The position numbers were made by a program, and so were the translations under genes. Positions 17,451 through 27,294 of a DNA stretch of 64,000 nt are shown piece after piece. Source of the stretch: a virus; IMG/VR virus record IMGVR_UViG_3300031565_000018, positions 23-64,022 of that record. One strand, 5' to 3'. The first letter of the stretch is position 1. Each line of letters starts with the position of its first letter. The notes below the pieces were generated by a model. It was not told where the DNA came from. It saw only the letters and a program-made list of their open reading frames with translations, and did not search any database.

Positions 17451-20231
17451 GTGAGTTCCATGAAGTTCATCTGCTCAGTCAACTCTGTAGTCGCTAAGCA
17501 CGTCGATGCGATTACGGGCAAGATTGAAGCAAAAGGTAACTTCACCGCCTTCAACGAGAACTGGGAAGCTCTGGAGGCTTCCACGGGGGAGCTGGCAGCT
17601 CACTTAAAGCAGAAGAGTGGTCTATGCGCGTGGCACCTTCACGAAGGCAAACGTAAAGCAAATAGAACGGGTGTAATAAAAGCAGGCTTAATTATTGTCG
17701 ATATCGACAATCAAGCAGATCACAAAGATAAGGATGGAAACAAAGTACAAAAACAAGAGCTGACAGTTGAGGAAGCTCTTGAGCTTGATATCTGTAAAAA
17801 GTATCTGACAATCGCTTACTACTCACCTTCTACGTCTGAAGGTTGGCCTCGCTTTCGTTTGGTCTTTGGCTTAGAGAAACCAATAATCGATGCCAATTTT
17901 TATCAGTGGTTCTCAAAGGAGATTTATAAACAGATTCCTGGGTCAGACGTCAGGGCCACTACGATCCCGAACCTTTTCTACGGACCCAAAAAAGAGACTG
18001 ATCTGATCTGCGCTCCAGGTCGATTCATCCCCGCGAAGAAGACCGACGATGCTTTGCGGTTTTTTGCCACGCTTCCCGTAGAAAGCACCGATGAAGGCGA
18101 CGAAGCGGTCGAGATACTTAAAAGTGCTGAGGTTTCTCCACGAGGGATTGACCTCACCGCTCTTGTCTCTCACACCGTCCGCTCAGTCTTGGATGGAGAA
18201 GAGGTTCTTGACCGGAGCTCAACGATGGCTTCTGTCGCCAAGGAGCTAGTCGGTTGGGTGAACTGGCTGAACGAGCACAAGATCGCTGTGCGCGTCTCAC
18301 CCTTGACAACAGCACAGGATGCGTTCTATAACATCTATGAGTACCATCACGATGAAAATGGCAAGTTCTACCGCATCCTCTCTTCGGTAAGAGACACTGC
18401 TTCCCTTCTGCCAGCGATCTCGCTCGCCTCTGAGCTTGGTCCTTTGGCGATCTGGAAGAAAGTAAAGTCGGTAAGCCGGTCGACCTTTGATCGGTACGCC
18501 ACCGACGAAGAGAAGGAGAAACTCGCTTCGGCTCGCAAGAAGCAGATCAACTCGGTGCTCGATGCGTCAATTTTCGAGCTCTCCACCTCTACTCAGGTAG
18601 AGGACACATCAGATCAAATCAAATCAGACCCTACAAAAATGAAGACTCCTAACTCCCCGAAGGAGCTGGTCGACCTCCAAGGAGGTGGTTCTGCAAACCA
18701 GAAGGTCACAGAGAATACTATTGCAGACACACTTATCTCCAATCTCGGAGGTAACCTTCTTTACGACAACACGCTCGATCAGTTCTACAGATACGACCAA
18801 GACCTAGGTGTCTGGTACCTATACGACGAGCAACATACCCGTCTCTATATCACCGACTGCCTGGACATCGTTGTCAAGGCTGGTCTGCTATCGCGCTATA
18901 CGGCAGCCACGGTCTCGAGTATTTACCAGCTTCTCAAGCCAAAACTGCTGAAGTCTGTCCGTAACGGTAGGGAAAGCATCTGGACGACCTCTAAAAATGT
19001 CGTGCCCTTCAGCAACGGAGTGCTTGACCTGAAGACTCTCGAGTTCAAAGAAGGACTTCACAAGGAGCTCTACCTGCGCCACAAGCTCGGTTACGAGTAC
19101 ATAGAGAACTCCTCGTGCCCCAAGTTCCTCACTTGGCTTAAGAAGGCTCTCGACCCAGGACAGGACATCCTGATCCAGGCTTTTTGCCGAGCAATTCTTA
19201 CGGGATATACATCAGGCGAGCGGTTCTTACACCTTGTAGGTCCTGGTGGCACCGGTAAATCCACGATGCAGCAGCTGCTGGTCGCACTTGCAGGTTTCCA
19301 CTCAACCCACACCTCAAGCCTCCAGACCCTTCACGACAACCAGTTCGAGACCTTCAACCTCATCGGTAAAAAGCTGCTCCTGCTTACTGACGAAAGCAAC
19401 TACAACAAACGGATGGACACGCTTAAGAAGCTGACGTCCGCCTCTGACACGCTCCGAGCCGAGCGAAAGTACGGAAAGGAAATCATTAACTTCAAACCTG
19501 AGTGCTTGGTCTGTATCGCCAGTAATGAGCACATCTCGTCGAGTGACTCGACAAGTGGTCTTGAGCGTCGGCGCTTGACGATCGTGATGGACAAGGTTGT
19601 CCCGGCCAGCAGCCGCGTAGAACTAATCAGTGTCCACGACGATCGGATCGAAGGAGAATTTGTTCCGGAGCTCAGCGGTATCGTGAGCTGGGCACTCAAG
19701 ATGACTCATGAGGAAATGCGTGATGTCCTCGCCAATCCCTCCAAGCATGCACCCTCCATCAACAAGACGAATATCGAAGCTCTGGTATTCAACAGTCAAT
19801 TTGCTGCTTGGCTTGCTGACTGCACTCTCTACGCACCAAACTCTGTAACCCCTATCGGTCGAGGTGCTCTCACGCCCAATACCGACGAGAAAGAAAAAGG
19901 TTGGTTTGTGTCCAACGCATATGGTGCTCTCTATCCCAGTTACGTCAATTTCTGCAAGGCGTGTCAGTACAAACCCGCAGCAAAGCCACGGTTTGTTGAG
20001 CGGACTCGTGAGGTGCTTACGAACATGCTCAAGGTGCCCGGTATCGAACTTGTGCTTAATGACGGAATTCCCTCTTTGAAAGGGCTGCGTCTCAAAGCAT
20101 TTGATCTAAACTCCGACAGGGCATCTAAAGGTCCCGAGCGCCTACCCTCACCCGTTGAGTTTGCTCAGGACCCCACAACTACTAAATGGGAACCCGCTTT
20201 CAAAAAACATGACCCAGAGCCTGAATCGTAA
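17451..20231 (+). CDS. Primase-helicase: N-terminal AEP/PrimPol-like domain, D5-like SF3 helicase
   Basis: IVDIDN and YYSPS...PRFRLVF; Walker A GPGGTGKST, Walker B LLTDES, motif C IASN. ATG at 17460 is the alternative start. Confidence 0.9.
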   Translation: MSSMKFICSVNSVVAKHVDAITGKIEAKGNFTAFNENWEALEASTGELAAHLKQKSGLCAWHLHEGKRKANRTGVIKAGLIIVDIDNQADHKDKDGNKVQKQELTVEEALELDICKKYLTIAYYSPSTSEGWPRFRLVFGLEKPIIDANFYQWFSKEIYKQIPGSDVRATTIPNLFYGPKKETDLICAPGRFIPAKKTDDALRFFATLPVESTDEGDEAVEILKSAEVSPRGIDLTALVSHTVRSVLDGEEVLDRSSTMASVAKELVGWVNWLNEHKIAVRVSPLTTAQDAFYNIYEYHHDENGKFYRILSSVRDTASLLPAISLASELGPLAIWKKVKSVSRSTFDRYATDEEKEKLASARKKQINSVLDASIFELSTSTQVEDTSDQIKSDPTKMKTPNSPKELVDLQGGGSANQKVTENTIADTLISNLGGNLLYDNTLDQFYRYDQDLGVWYLYDEQHTRLYITDCLDIVVKAGLLSRYTAATVSSIYQLLKPKLLKSVRNGRESIWTTSKNVVPFSNGVLDLKTLEFKEGLHKELYLRHKLGYEYIENSSCPKFLTWLKKALDPGQDILIQAFCRAILTGYTSGERFLHLVGPGGTGKSTMQQLLVALAGFHSTHTSSLQTLHDNQFETFNLIGKKLLLLTDESNYNKRMDTLKKLTSASDTLRAERKYGKEIINFKPECLVCIASNEHISSSDSTSGLERRRLTIVMDKVVPASSRVELISVHDDRIEGEFVPELSGIVSWALKMTHEEMRDVLANPSKHAPSINKTNIEALVFNSQFAAWLADCTLYAPNSVTPIGRGALTPNTDEKEKGWFVSNAYGALYPSYVNFCKACQYKPAAKPRFVERTREVLTNMLKVPGIELVLNDGIPSLKGLRLKAFDLNSDRASKGPERLPSPVEFAQDPTTTKWEPAFKKHDPEPES

Positions 20232-20784
20232 TTTTCTTCTCGCTTCTCTTGCCACGCTTGGTGTTGGGTGCGCCACTGCGATCAATGCTCCTGACTTCTT
20301 AGGGGCTTCTTTCGCTTTCGGTGGTGGTCTTCTTGGCGGCGCCAGCATCGCCAACGACCGCGCACGCCGCAAAGATACCCAGGCAAGGCAAAGCGAACGA
20401 GTTACGTCAACCTTCTCCGCGCTTTACGAACTGAACAGAGGTGTACTAGATCCTGTACAACTCAGCTTCATGGCGAACATTCCGCTCGAGCAGGCTCACG
20501 GGTTTCTGACCAATGTTGCGGAAAGCACTGGAGGGCAAAAGATTCCGACCAAAACCAACAACGGCGTGCTCTTCGCTTTCCCTCACTCACAGAACGCTCT
20601 AGACGAACTGTCCAAGAACGCTGAGAACTGGGCTAAGGCTCAGAATCAACAGCTTCAGGAGCAACTGGAGCAACAACAAAAAATTCTCCAGATGATGCAG
20701 TTACGTCAGGCCGCTGCTCAACAACAAGCCGCCGTCAACAAGGACCCTGATCCCTGGACAGCAACGGGGCAGCCGGGGCTTTAA
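20209..20784 (+). CDS. Membrane-anchored hypothetical protein with Gln-rich coiled coil
   Basis: ATG 20209; two N-terminal hydrophobic segments. Confidence 0.65.
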   Translation: MTQSLNRNFLLASLATLGVGCATAINAPDFLGASFAFGGGLLGGASIANDRARRKDTQARQSERVTSTFSALYELNRGVLDPVQLSFMANIPLEQAHGFLTNVAESTGGQKIPTKTNNGVLFAFPHSQNALDELSKNAENWAKAQNQQLQEQLEQQQKILQMMQLRQAAAQQQAAVNKDPDPWTATGQPGL

Positions 20785-20789
20785 CAGCC

Positions 20790-20972
20790 CTAGCTGACGT
20801 TGTTGACGGTCAGGATGATTGAGGGAATGTCTGGGTGTGCCGGAACAGCATGCCCACTAGCAGCAAGAACTACAACGTCTAAATCATCAGAGTGCCAGTA
20901 GAGCTCAGCATGCTCGTTGGCATCCATACTCAGAAAGAAGTTCCACGCGGCAACCTGCCTAGAAGATCGATA
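20790..20972 (-). pseudogene. Truncated C-terminal fragment of a virion/fibre domain
   Basis: Open frame ...VAAWNFFLSMDANEHAELYWHSDD...PAHPDIPSIILTVNNVS*; the family-like sequence begins upstream of the only ATG (20927). Confidence 0.5.
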
Positions 20973-20980
20973 TTAAAAAT

Positions 20981-21673
20981 TTACTTCAAAAAGTCCCACC
21001 CTGAGAGAGAACTTTCTTCGGACTCCTTAATTGCAGCAAAAACCACGGGTAAATGGTTTGCGAGGTTGTACCCGATAGCTCGAGCGATCTGACGATGCTC
21101 TAGTTGAGTATCCTCTTTGCCGCGAAGGCCAACGTAGTGGATAAAACTTCTGATGGTACCTGACATATGCAGGCGAGTAGGAGTATATAAAGGGAGTACA
21201 TTTCTGGAACACTCACGAGATACTCCTGCAGCCAACAACTCATTGTAGACCTCCTGTGAGTGGCGATCTAATTCTTTAATCTTGTCCCAATAAATTTCTC
21301 GGAGGTACAGCGGCAGCTGCTCTCCACTGCACTGGCGGTTCGTCTCACCTTGAAAACGAAGGTCGACCTTGTACGGCTCTTCTAGTCTCTCCTCTTCAAG
21401 GGTTTCCCACGGATTGGTGTACCTCTGGGAAAGCTCTTGATATACGAAACTCCGGTGACGCAAGATCTGAGGGCTTATCGCACGCGTCGTGGTAATTCCA
21501 AAGGACGCCGAAGCTTGCTCAAACACAGACCAGTGACCGTGTTTGATGCAGAAGGCGAGGAGACGAGCGTATTCATCTCGATCGGGGTTCTTGGTCGAAA
21601 CCCGAGCGTGACGAGCAATTACTTTTTCTGCTTCAGGAGTAATCCAGTCGAGCTCAGCAGAGTGAAGACCCAT
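20981..21673 (-). CDS. thyX: Flavin-dependent thymidylate synthase
   Basis: ARVS, HWSVFEQ, signature RHRSFVYQELSQRY, ECSRNVLP. Confidence 0.95.
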   Translation of the reverse strand: MGLHSAELDWITPEAEKVIARHARVSTKNPDRDEYARLLAFCIKHGHWSVFEQASASFGITTTRAISPQILRHRSFVYQELSQRYTNPWETLEEERLEEPYKVDLRFQGETNRQCSGEQLPLYLREIYWDKIKELDRHSQEVYNELLAAGVSRECSRNVLPLYTPTRLHMSGTIRSFIHYVGLRGKEDTQLEHRQIARAIGYNLANHLPVVFAAIKESEESSLSGWDFLK

Positions 21674-21711
21674 CGAGGGAGCCAGTAAGCATTAACAATA
21701 CTAGTTTAAGC

Positions 21712-22290
21712 TCAACAGTAAGTAGCAACCAGGGCGATACGACGCTTTCCAACAGCCGGTTGACCAGCAGAATGAAGCCCCTGAAATGAGATAACAACAT
21801 CCTCTCTGGGCAGCGACGTAAGAACAGGAGCTCCCTCTTTACGAATGAATGAGAAAGGAACTTCTTCCTCGTAAACCTTAGTCTCTCCCTCAGAGTTATT
21901 TAAATAAATTAAAATATTCTTGTGTGGAAAAGAATGATCATAATGAGGAATAGAATCTCTACTATCAATCCTATGAATACAGTTAAAATTAAGCCTAAAC
22001 AAACAATTAAGTTCCAAATTATTAAACTCCATTATTTCACGAATAACTAGATCAGTAAGATCTACATAATCACTACTGGCAACTTTAGGGTAAGCGCAAC
22101 CTCCTGGTACAAAGTTAGGACGTTGGATTAGTGTATGTGAATAAATGGGTAAGTTTATATGGCCTGGCACTTCAGGCCCGCACGTAGAGTCGCCGAAGTA
22201 AAACCACGGAAACTCACGGGACAGTACACGCGCTTTAAGCTCTAGGTAATTAGGTGTCTTGGGGTTCTGTAGTTCCTCAAGATAGGCCAC
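21712..22290 (-). CDS. 2OG-Fe(II) oxygenase-like protein
   Basis: HYD...ILIYLNNSEGET...HSAGQP...RRI (HxD...H...R). Confidence 0.75.
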   Translation of the reverse strand: MAYLEELQNPKTPNYLELKARVLSREFPWFYFGDSTCGPEVPGHINLPIYSHTLIQRPNFVPGGCAYPKVASSDYVDLTDLVIREIMEFNNLELNCLFRLNFNCIHRIDSRDSIPHYDHSFPHKNILIYLNNSEGETKVYEEEVPFSFIRKEGAPVLTSLPREDVVISFQGLHSAGQPAVGKRRIALVATYC

Positions 22291-22430
22291 TAGGACTTAG
22301 GAAAAGTTTGTTGGTACCTCAACCTAGCAGTAATCTCACGCGGGTTCGAGACCATACGAACGATATCCGCAGGACCAGCACCCAGACGCATACCTGCCAT
22401 ACGGACAGTATCGGCTTGCGAACTCATCAT
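22290..22430 (-). CDS. 46-aa protein (MMSSQADTVRMAGMRLGAGPADIVRMVSNPREITARLRYQQTFPKS)
   Basis: Hand translation; overlaps both neighbours' start/stop codons. Confidence 0.55.
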   Translation of the reverse strand: MMSSQADTVRMAGMRLGAGPADIVRMVSNPREITARLRYQQTFPKS

Positions 22431-22942
22431 TTCTTTTCTACGACACCAAGTTGAAGAGGAAGGCTGTCAGGCATAGCGTAGTTATTAGGGAGGCCCAAAG
22501 CTCCCTGGTCAGGAGTATTAAGGAAGCTCTGCTGAGGAACCGAAGTCAAGATCTGCATCTGAGCCCGCAGATTGGGGTCCATCGTATTCTGAGTCTTGAC
22601 CAGATAGTCAGCGGTGGAAAGGTCGGCGGCTCGCTCAGGAAGCTTCATCTCCCCACGCTGGTTGTAACCGGCTAACCCAGTGATCTGAGCAGAAGGCATC
22701 ACGTTACCTTCTTCGTAGTTGGTGGGTCCTACGGCTTCACGAGCTCGCTCACCACGATCGGTTTGGTACTGCGACGTGACCCTATTGATATTGTCGAGAG
22801 CGATAGCGCGGTTCAGCTCAATGGTGGCGGGAGTCGACTGGTACATCGAGGGAGACCCGGTCGCCAGCTGCCCGAGGGGCTTAACCCGCTGGGAGGTAGG
22901 TCCTAAACCACCGGGGCGCTGAAGGAAGTTCATGTTTTCCAT
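22427..22942 (-). CDS. Hypothetical low-complexity protein
   Basis: 171-aa ORF in late-strand orientation. Confidence 0.65.
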   Translation of the reverse strand: MENMNFLQRPGGLGPTSQRVKPLGQLATGSPSMYQSTPATIELNRAIALDNINRVTSQYQTDRGERAREAVGPTNYEEGNVMPSAQITGLAGYNQRGEMKLPERAADLSTADYLVKTQNTMDPNLRAQMQILTSVPQQSFLNTPDQGALGLPNNYAMPDSLPLQLGVVEKK

Positions 22943-22951
22943 TGTCTTAGT

Positions 22952-23191
22952 TTAGCTTCGTTTCGGTTGTTTCTCGCGATTAGTTTTTTTAGAAACTACA
23001 CGGAGATTGGACGGAGAATTGTTTTCGGGGTTGTGATCGATGTGATCGACTTCCTTACCGTCTCCTTTCCTTACACGACCGTTCTTCTCCATATACCTAC
23101 GAGCCTTTACCCGAGCAGCTTGTCTTTTCAGCTGCTCAGGTGTGCTTCCGTACTCACGGTATTCTTTGTCGTAGTCTCTTTTATGAGCCAA
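22952..23191 (-). CDS. Small basic HNH-family protein
   Basis: KEVDHIDHNPENNSPSNLRVVSKKTNR. Confidence 0.75.
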   Translation of the reverse strand: MAHKRDYDKEYREYGSTPEQLKRQAARVKARRYMEKNGRVRKGDGKEVDHIDHNPENNSPSNLRVVSKKTNREKQPKRS

Positions 23192-23205
23192 AGGACTGCA
23201 ACTAT

Positions 23206-23442
23206 TTACCCTAGTTTAGCTGTAAAGAGAAAAGTCTCAGAGATATCACAAACCCCTTCGGTAACCAGAAGCCTCGCGGTAGAGGTTAGATCACGTTGAA
23301 AACGCTGAAACAACCCGGTATAGAGACCGTTGTCAGGACGATAAAAATCGTAGAGAGCTTCGAGAAAGTCTGCTTTACGCTGTTCAGCTTGGGTGTCCCA
23401 ATTTGCGAGGATATCCTCCAGATCGAAGTCTCCGACTGACAT
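23206..23442 (-). CDS. Hypothetical protein
   Basis: 78-aa ORF in late-strand orientation. Confidence 0.55.
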   Translation of the reverse strand: MSVGDFDLEDILANWDTQAEQRKADFLEALYDFYRPDNGLYTGLFQRFQRDLTSTARLLVTEGVCDISETFLFTAKLG

Positions 23443-23467
23443 TGAACAGCTAGAAAGGCACTCAAGC

Positions 23468-24709
23468 TTAGCAAGCTCGAATCATCCAACCACTCTTAGG
23501 ACCCTCAACTAACCAACGAGGTCCAAGATTCTTAATGGAGTACTGGAGGTACTCCCCGTCAGTGCTCCCGTAAGAACCCGACACAAGATCTAACTCCCCA
23601 TAGGGGTCGTGGACCCAAAGTTTTGTTCTGTCTGCGTTTACGCCCACGCAGCAAATCCAATGACCCCCTCCGGTGGGTTTCGAAACTGGACCTTTATGGA
23701 GAATCCCAATCGGGACAGGCACACCTTTCTCGAGAAGTTTGAAAACTGCGTCCCAATCACCGTTAGTGACAAATTCGGTTTTTAGTCCGAATCGATCTAG
23801 CGCTTGCACCTGTACTGCAGAGCTTGTAGTGTCGCCTAACTCAAAAACTTCTTGAATATATTCGTCGTCACCTGTGATCGCTCCAGGAATCTGAGAGCTC
23901 AACAGCATGGCACAGCTACTCGAAAAGCAAGTGCGTTGGGAGTCTCTGTAGTTGTCTAATTGGCTGTAATAAGGAACCTCTAATTTGATCTCTTTCTGCT
24001 TGGTTTCTTTCTTCTCCTCAATAACATTCGTGTCGTTGATTATCTTCCAGTGGTCTGGGTAGATCCACCAGGATTTATCTGGTTGTTTTGAGAGAATGAC
24101 CTCTTTGTGTACCTGCCCTGGGTACATACTGATTTTGTCCCACTCCCACGCGCTGTTTTTAGGGATAAAAAGTTTCTCCTCCGCCGTCAAAAGGGAGGAA
24201 TCAATTGGTTTCCTCTTCAGCCAGGTGTCGTGTTTCGACAGAATTGAGTGACCCAAGAGAGGATGTTTATCAGGCTTAGTCAAGAATAGTCTTTTTTCTT
24301 GCTCACGACGCCTGACCAAACCAGGGATAGTTTTATCTCCGCCTTTGACCCAACGACCAAATTCGTCGGCGATCCGTATCTTGTCTGCGCCCTCGTTCAG
24401 CAGACGTAAGAGAGTCGAACCCTCGAATGCTCCGCAACCAACGTTGTACGTAAACGAGACTAGAGCGTCGTACTCATTCTGATTCAGGTGTACTTTTACC
24501 TTACTTTTTACACATTTTTCAAAACGAACTAAATCCTTCAGCAGAAGATCTTCCGCCTCGTCTTCAGTAATTCGTTGATTAGAGATAACGTCGGGACCCG
24601 TGTGTCCGTAACCAATAGTTAAAACACCTACACAGTCGACATAACTCGTTAAACGCAGACCTTCAAAGCGTTTAATCAGGCTTATTCCTTGAGCGCTTAA
24701 CTGAGTCAT
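23468..24709 (-). CDS. Endolysin: GH24 lysozyme fused to a C39-like peptidase
   Basis: LIKRFEGLRL...D.VGVLTIGYGHT...GLVRRR; VPYYSQ...RTCFSSSCAM...GHW...HDPYG. Confidence 0.9.
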   Translation of the reverse strand: MTQLSAQGISLIKRFEGLRLTSYVDCVGVLTIGYGHTGPDVISNQRITEDEAEDLLLKDLVRFEKCVKSKVKVHLNQNEYDALVSFTYNVGCGAFEGSTLLRLLNEGADKIRIADEFGRWVKGGDKTIPGLVRRREQEKRLFLTKPDKHPLLGHSILSKHDTWLKRKPIDSSLLTAEEKLFIPKNSAWEWDKISMYPGQVHKEVILSKQPDKSWWIYPDHWKIINDTNVIEEKKETKQKEIKLEVPYYSQLDNYRDSQRTCFSSSCAMLLSSQIPGAITGDDEYIQEVFELGDTTSSAVQVQALDRFGLKTEFVTNGDWDAVFKLLEKGVPVPIGILHKGPVSKPTGGGHWICCVGVNADRTKLWVHDPYGELDLVSGSYGSTDGEYLQYSIKNLGPRWLVEGPKSGWMIRAC

Positions 24710-25082
24710 GCTGATAACCTTTCCGACTTATTTTTACAACAACTAGGTGAAATATCAACGCCAAAAAAGAAGCTCCGAAACCTGTCGCAACAGCTTCTGA
24801 CCACGCTGAACCAAAATGCGTGGGATGATTAACAAGGTCAGCGAAGGAGGTAAGAACACCGGTCAGAGCTATAGCTCCAAAAGCGCTGATGCGCCTCAAG
24901 AGAAGACAGCATATAGCGTAGGTGATCGCAGTCTTAATACCGATATTGTAAGCAACTACAACATGTTTCCACGTAAGACTATCAAGGTCACCCTGAGTCA
25001 TGGCGACCATACAAGATAACCAAGCCTCCCCGAACTTCTCAGGGAGACTATTTACGGCTCTGCTAATCCTCTGCGATATCAC
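24672..25082 (-). CDS. Polytopic membrane protein, holin candidate
   Basis: 3-4 hydrophobic segments; directly upstream of the endolysin. Confidence 0.55.
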   Translation of the reverse strand: MISQRISRAVNSLPEKFGEAWLSCMVAMTQGDLDSLTWKHVVVAYNIGIKTAITYAICCLLLRRISAFGAIALTGVLTSFADLVNHPTHFGSAWSEAVATGFGASFLALIFHLVVVKISRKGYQHDSVKRSRNKPD

Positions 25083-25474
25083 CCAACGAGCATGGTAAGC
25101 AGGTATTCGGAAGCGCTGCGGTCGGAACGGTGGATATAGAGGGTAGCGGTATCGCTAGAAGAAGCGCTGAAGCCAATGCCACCGCTGGTACGGCGAGTCG
25201 TTTTAGGTGCCGTATAGGTGCCGTCTTCGACGCCGTCAGAACCCACGACGGTAAAACCTGTAATACCAAACGATTCGGCGAGCAGGATAATCGCATTACC
25301 CGTTGCGCCGTAGGTTATCTCAAAAACATCTGAGAGAGGGTATTTGCCGTCACCAGCAAAAGCACGATACGAGTCAATGGTCACATTCAGACCATTGTAA
25401 GTGCGGATCTGACCAAACCGAGTGATACCGGCAGGCGCCGCGCCTAACTCACGGTTGAAAGTAATCTCTGCCAT
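25079..25474 (-). CDS. Hypothetical beta-rich protein, possibly structural
   Basis: 131-aa ORF rich in G, T and S. Confidence 0.65.
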   Translation of the reverse strand: MAEITFNRELGAAPAGITRFGQIRTYNGLNVTIDSYRAFAGDGKYPLSDVFEITYGATGNAIILLAESFGITGFTVVGSDGVEDGTYTAPKTTRRTSGGIGFSASSSDTATLYIHRSDRSASEYLLTMLVG

Positions 25475-25513
25475 GGCTAGAGTCTTATATCACCAATAAT
25501 CAAATTCTAGTTC

Positions 25514-25834
25514 ATGTACAACAAGTTCAATGCTTTTACGTATGAGCTAATTATCTTTCTCTGTAGATTTTACCCACTTAAGAGAAAACCTTTTATCCAA
25601 AAAATACTTGATTACTGCTTAGACGACTGGGCTGCGTTCAGAGCTGAAGTCGCGATGAAAGAAGTTGACGAGCAGGTTCAGAACATACAACGAGAATGGG
25701 AGCAAGAAGAGAAGGAGAAACTCCAGCCAACTTATCTCGAATCAAAACCCGACGGCTCCAAAGCGCAAGCGCTCCTGGGAGGTGAAATAAGGCTCACGTC
25801 GCCCTGGGTGGAGAGCAAACGAAAAGACGTGTAG
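25514..25834 (+). CDS. Hypothetical protein
   Basis: 106-aa ORF. Confidence 0.6.
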   Translation: MYNKFNAFTYELIIFLCRFYPLKRKPFIQKILDYCLDDWAAFRAEVAMKEVDEQVQNIQREWEQEEKEKLQPTYLESKPDGSKAQALLGGEIRLTSPWVESKRKDV

Positions 25835-25863
25835 TATCCCTAAGTTCACCACGAGGGGTTCGC

Positions 25864-26439
25864 GTGACAGATTTCATAGGTAGGTATTATCTAAAAAACC
25901 ATTCAGTATGCGACAAGGCAATAGATTGGTTCGAGCGTAATAAAGACAAGGCAAGCGAGGGAAAAATAATATCGTCTAAAGGAGAGGTGCTAGTAGACGA
26001 TAAAGTTAAATGCTCAGACGATATTAAAGGTTATTTAAACGACTTCTATCAGCTCGGTGATGAGTTTAAAACTTTATTAGATTTCTTATGGGGTAGTGTA
26101 CAAAATTATATTTCTGAATACAGCGAACTGGCTTCCATAAATTTTCATATGCCAGACGTTATTAATTTTCAAAAATACACTCCTCCTTTGGGAGGCTATA
26201 AAATATTTCACTACGAGAGACCAAGCAGAGCAGTAAGTAACCGCTGTTTAGTTTGGATGATTTACTTAAACACTGTTGAAGCTGGAGGAGGTACTGAGTT
26301 TAAATACTACAAGCACACAGAAAAAGCAGAGAAAGGTAAGTTACTTATATGGCCCCCAGATTTTACCCATACACATAGGGGTATCCCATCACCAACAGAG
26401 GTAAAATATATTTTAACTGGGTGGTATGACCTCTATTAA
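25864..26439 (+). CDS. 2OG-Fe(II) oxygenase (cyanophage prolyl-hydroxylase-like)
   Basis: QKY.PP.GGY..FHYE...WMIYLNTV..GGGTEF...HTHRG...KYILTGW. Confidence 0.85.
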   Translation: MTDFIGRYYLKNHSVCDKAIDWFERNKDKASEGKIISSKGEVLVDDKVKCSDDIKGYLNDFYQLGDEFKTLLDFLWGSVQNYISEYSELASINFHMPDVINFQKYTPPLGGYKIFHYERPSRAVSNRCLVWMIYLNTVEAGGGTEFKYYKHTEKAEKGKLLIWPPDFTHTHRGIPSPTEVKYILTGWYDLY

Positions 26440-26442
26440 TAA

Positions 26443-26655
26443 TTATTTTGAGTGTGTTTTTTTATAAGCTCTTGCTTTTCTACCAGCTCTTTTAGCGGTC
26501 TCTGTATTAGCAACGTGAGTATTAACAGGCTTCCCACGGGTAGCTTGCTTTTTCTTCTCATCCGTAGCTCGACGCTCTTCCTTAGACATCGCTGCCCAGG
26601 CGGCCTTAGGGAGATACCGTTCGGTACGCCCTTTTTCGCGTGCTAAGTCAGCCAT
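26443..26655 (-). CDS. Small basic protein (DUF5872-like C-terminal half)
   Basis: RYLPKAAWAAMSKEERRATDEKK; ATG 26655. Confidence 0.6.
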   Translation of the reverse strand: MADLAREKGRTERYLPKAAWAAMSKEERRATDEKKKQATRGKPVNTHVANTETAKRAGRKARAYKKTHSK

Positions 26656-26767
26656 AAAGTTCCTCCTCCTCAAAAGGTTCGAATAAGGGACAAGGCTCCT
26701 CAAATAAAAGAGAGTTTCGCATCTGCTGAATTCTCTCCTGAAGTTCCTCTAGGTCTTCCTCATTCAT
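26648..26767 (-). CDS. 39-aa acidic peptide (MNEEDLEELQERIQQMRNSLLFEEPCPLFEPFEEEELYG)
   Basis: Hand translation; overlaps both flanking genes. Confidence 0.55.
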   Translation of the reverse strand: MNEEDLEELQERIQQMRNSLLFEEPCPLFEPFEEEELYG

Positions 26768-26988
26768 TTATCTTTTTCGTACTCCTCTCTAGTCTGCCAG
26801 TCTTCCTTAGACCACTTAGAGAGCCTATTACTACTCGATTTCTTGCCCTCGTACTTACCTCCCATCTCCTTGTAGTACTTGGTGGCAAGCTGCATGGCTC
26901 GTGCACTATGGCCACCGAGCTTTTTGCGGGCTTTGGCCTTAGCTCGAGCCCACTTTTCAGGGTGTTTTTTCTTCGCGACTTCAGCCAT
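26764..26988 (-). CDS. Small basic protein (DUF5872-like N-terminal half)
   Basis: PEKWARAKAKA...HSARAMQLATKYYKEMGGKY...LSKWSKEDW. Confidence 0.6.
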   Translation of the reverse strand: MAEVAKKKHPEKWARAKAKARKKLGGHSARAMQLATKYYKEMGGKYEGKKSSSNRLSKWSKEDWQTREEYEKDK

Positions 26989-27248
26989 CAGTTTCGCCCC
27001 GAAGTGTCACGCTCTTCCTTACGTCCCATTTTACGTTCGGTTTTGTACTTCCGGGCACGAGTTTTTGCTCGGGTTGCTTTCGACATCTCGCCACGACGCT
27101 TACCTTTTTTAGTTGCCTCAACGGTACCTTCCTTGAGATCACCCGATTTTTGCAGGGACTTAGTCGCAATAGCGTAAGCAGAGGATTTCTCCATACCCGG
27201 ATTATCCTTCATGATGCTTTTGACAGCGTCCTCGAGAATCGCGGGCAT
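26988..27248 (-). CDS. Small basic hypothetical protein
   Basis: K/R-rich 86-aa ORF, AYAIATKSLQKSG. Confidence 0.65.
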   Translation of the reverse strand: MPAILEDAVKSIMKDNPGMEKSSAYAIATKSLQKSGDLKEGTVEATKKGKRRGEMSKATRAKTRARKYKTERKMGRKEERDTSGRN

Positions 27249-27294
27249 AGGATTAGTAATGCTCGTATAATTTTAATAGATCTTCAATAGACCA

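Noticed and set aside
11825-26690. GGTTCGA T-loop-like strings at about 11830, 22342 and 26676
   Set aside because: All lie inside coding frames and lack D-arm, anticodon and acceptor stems; no tRNA called
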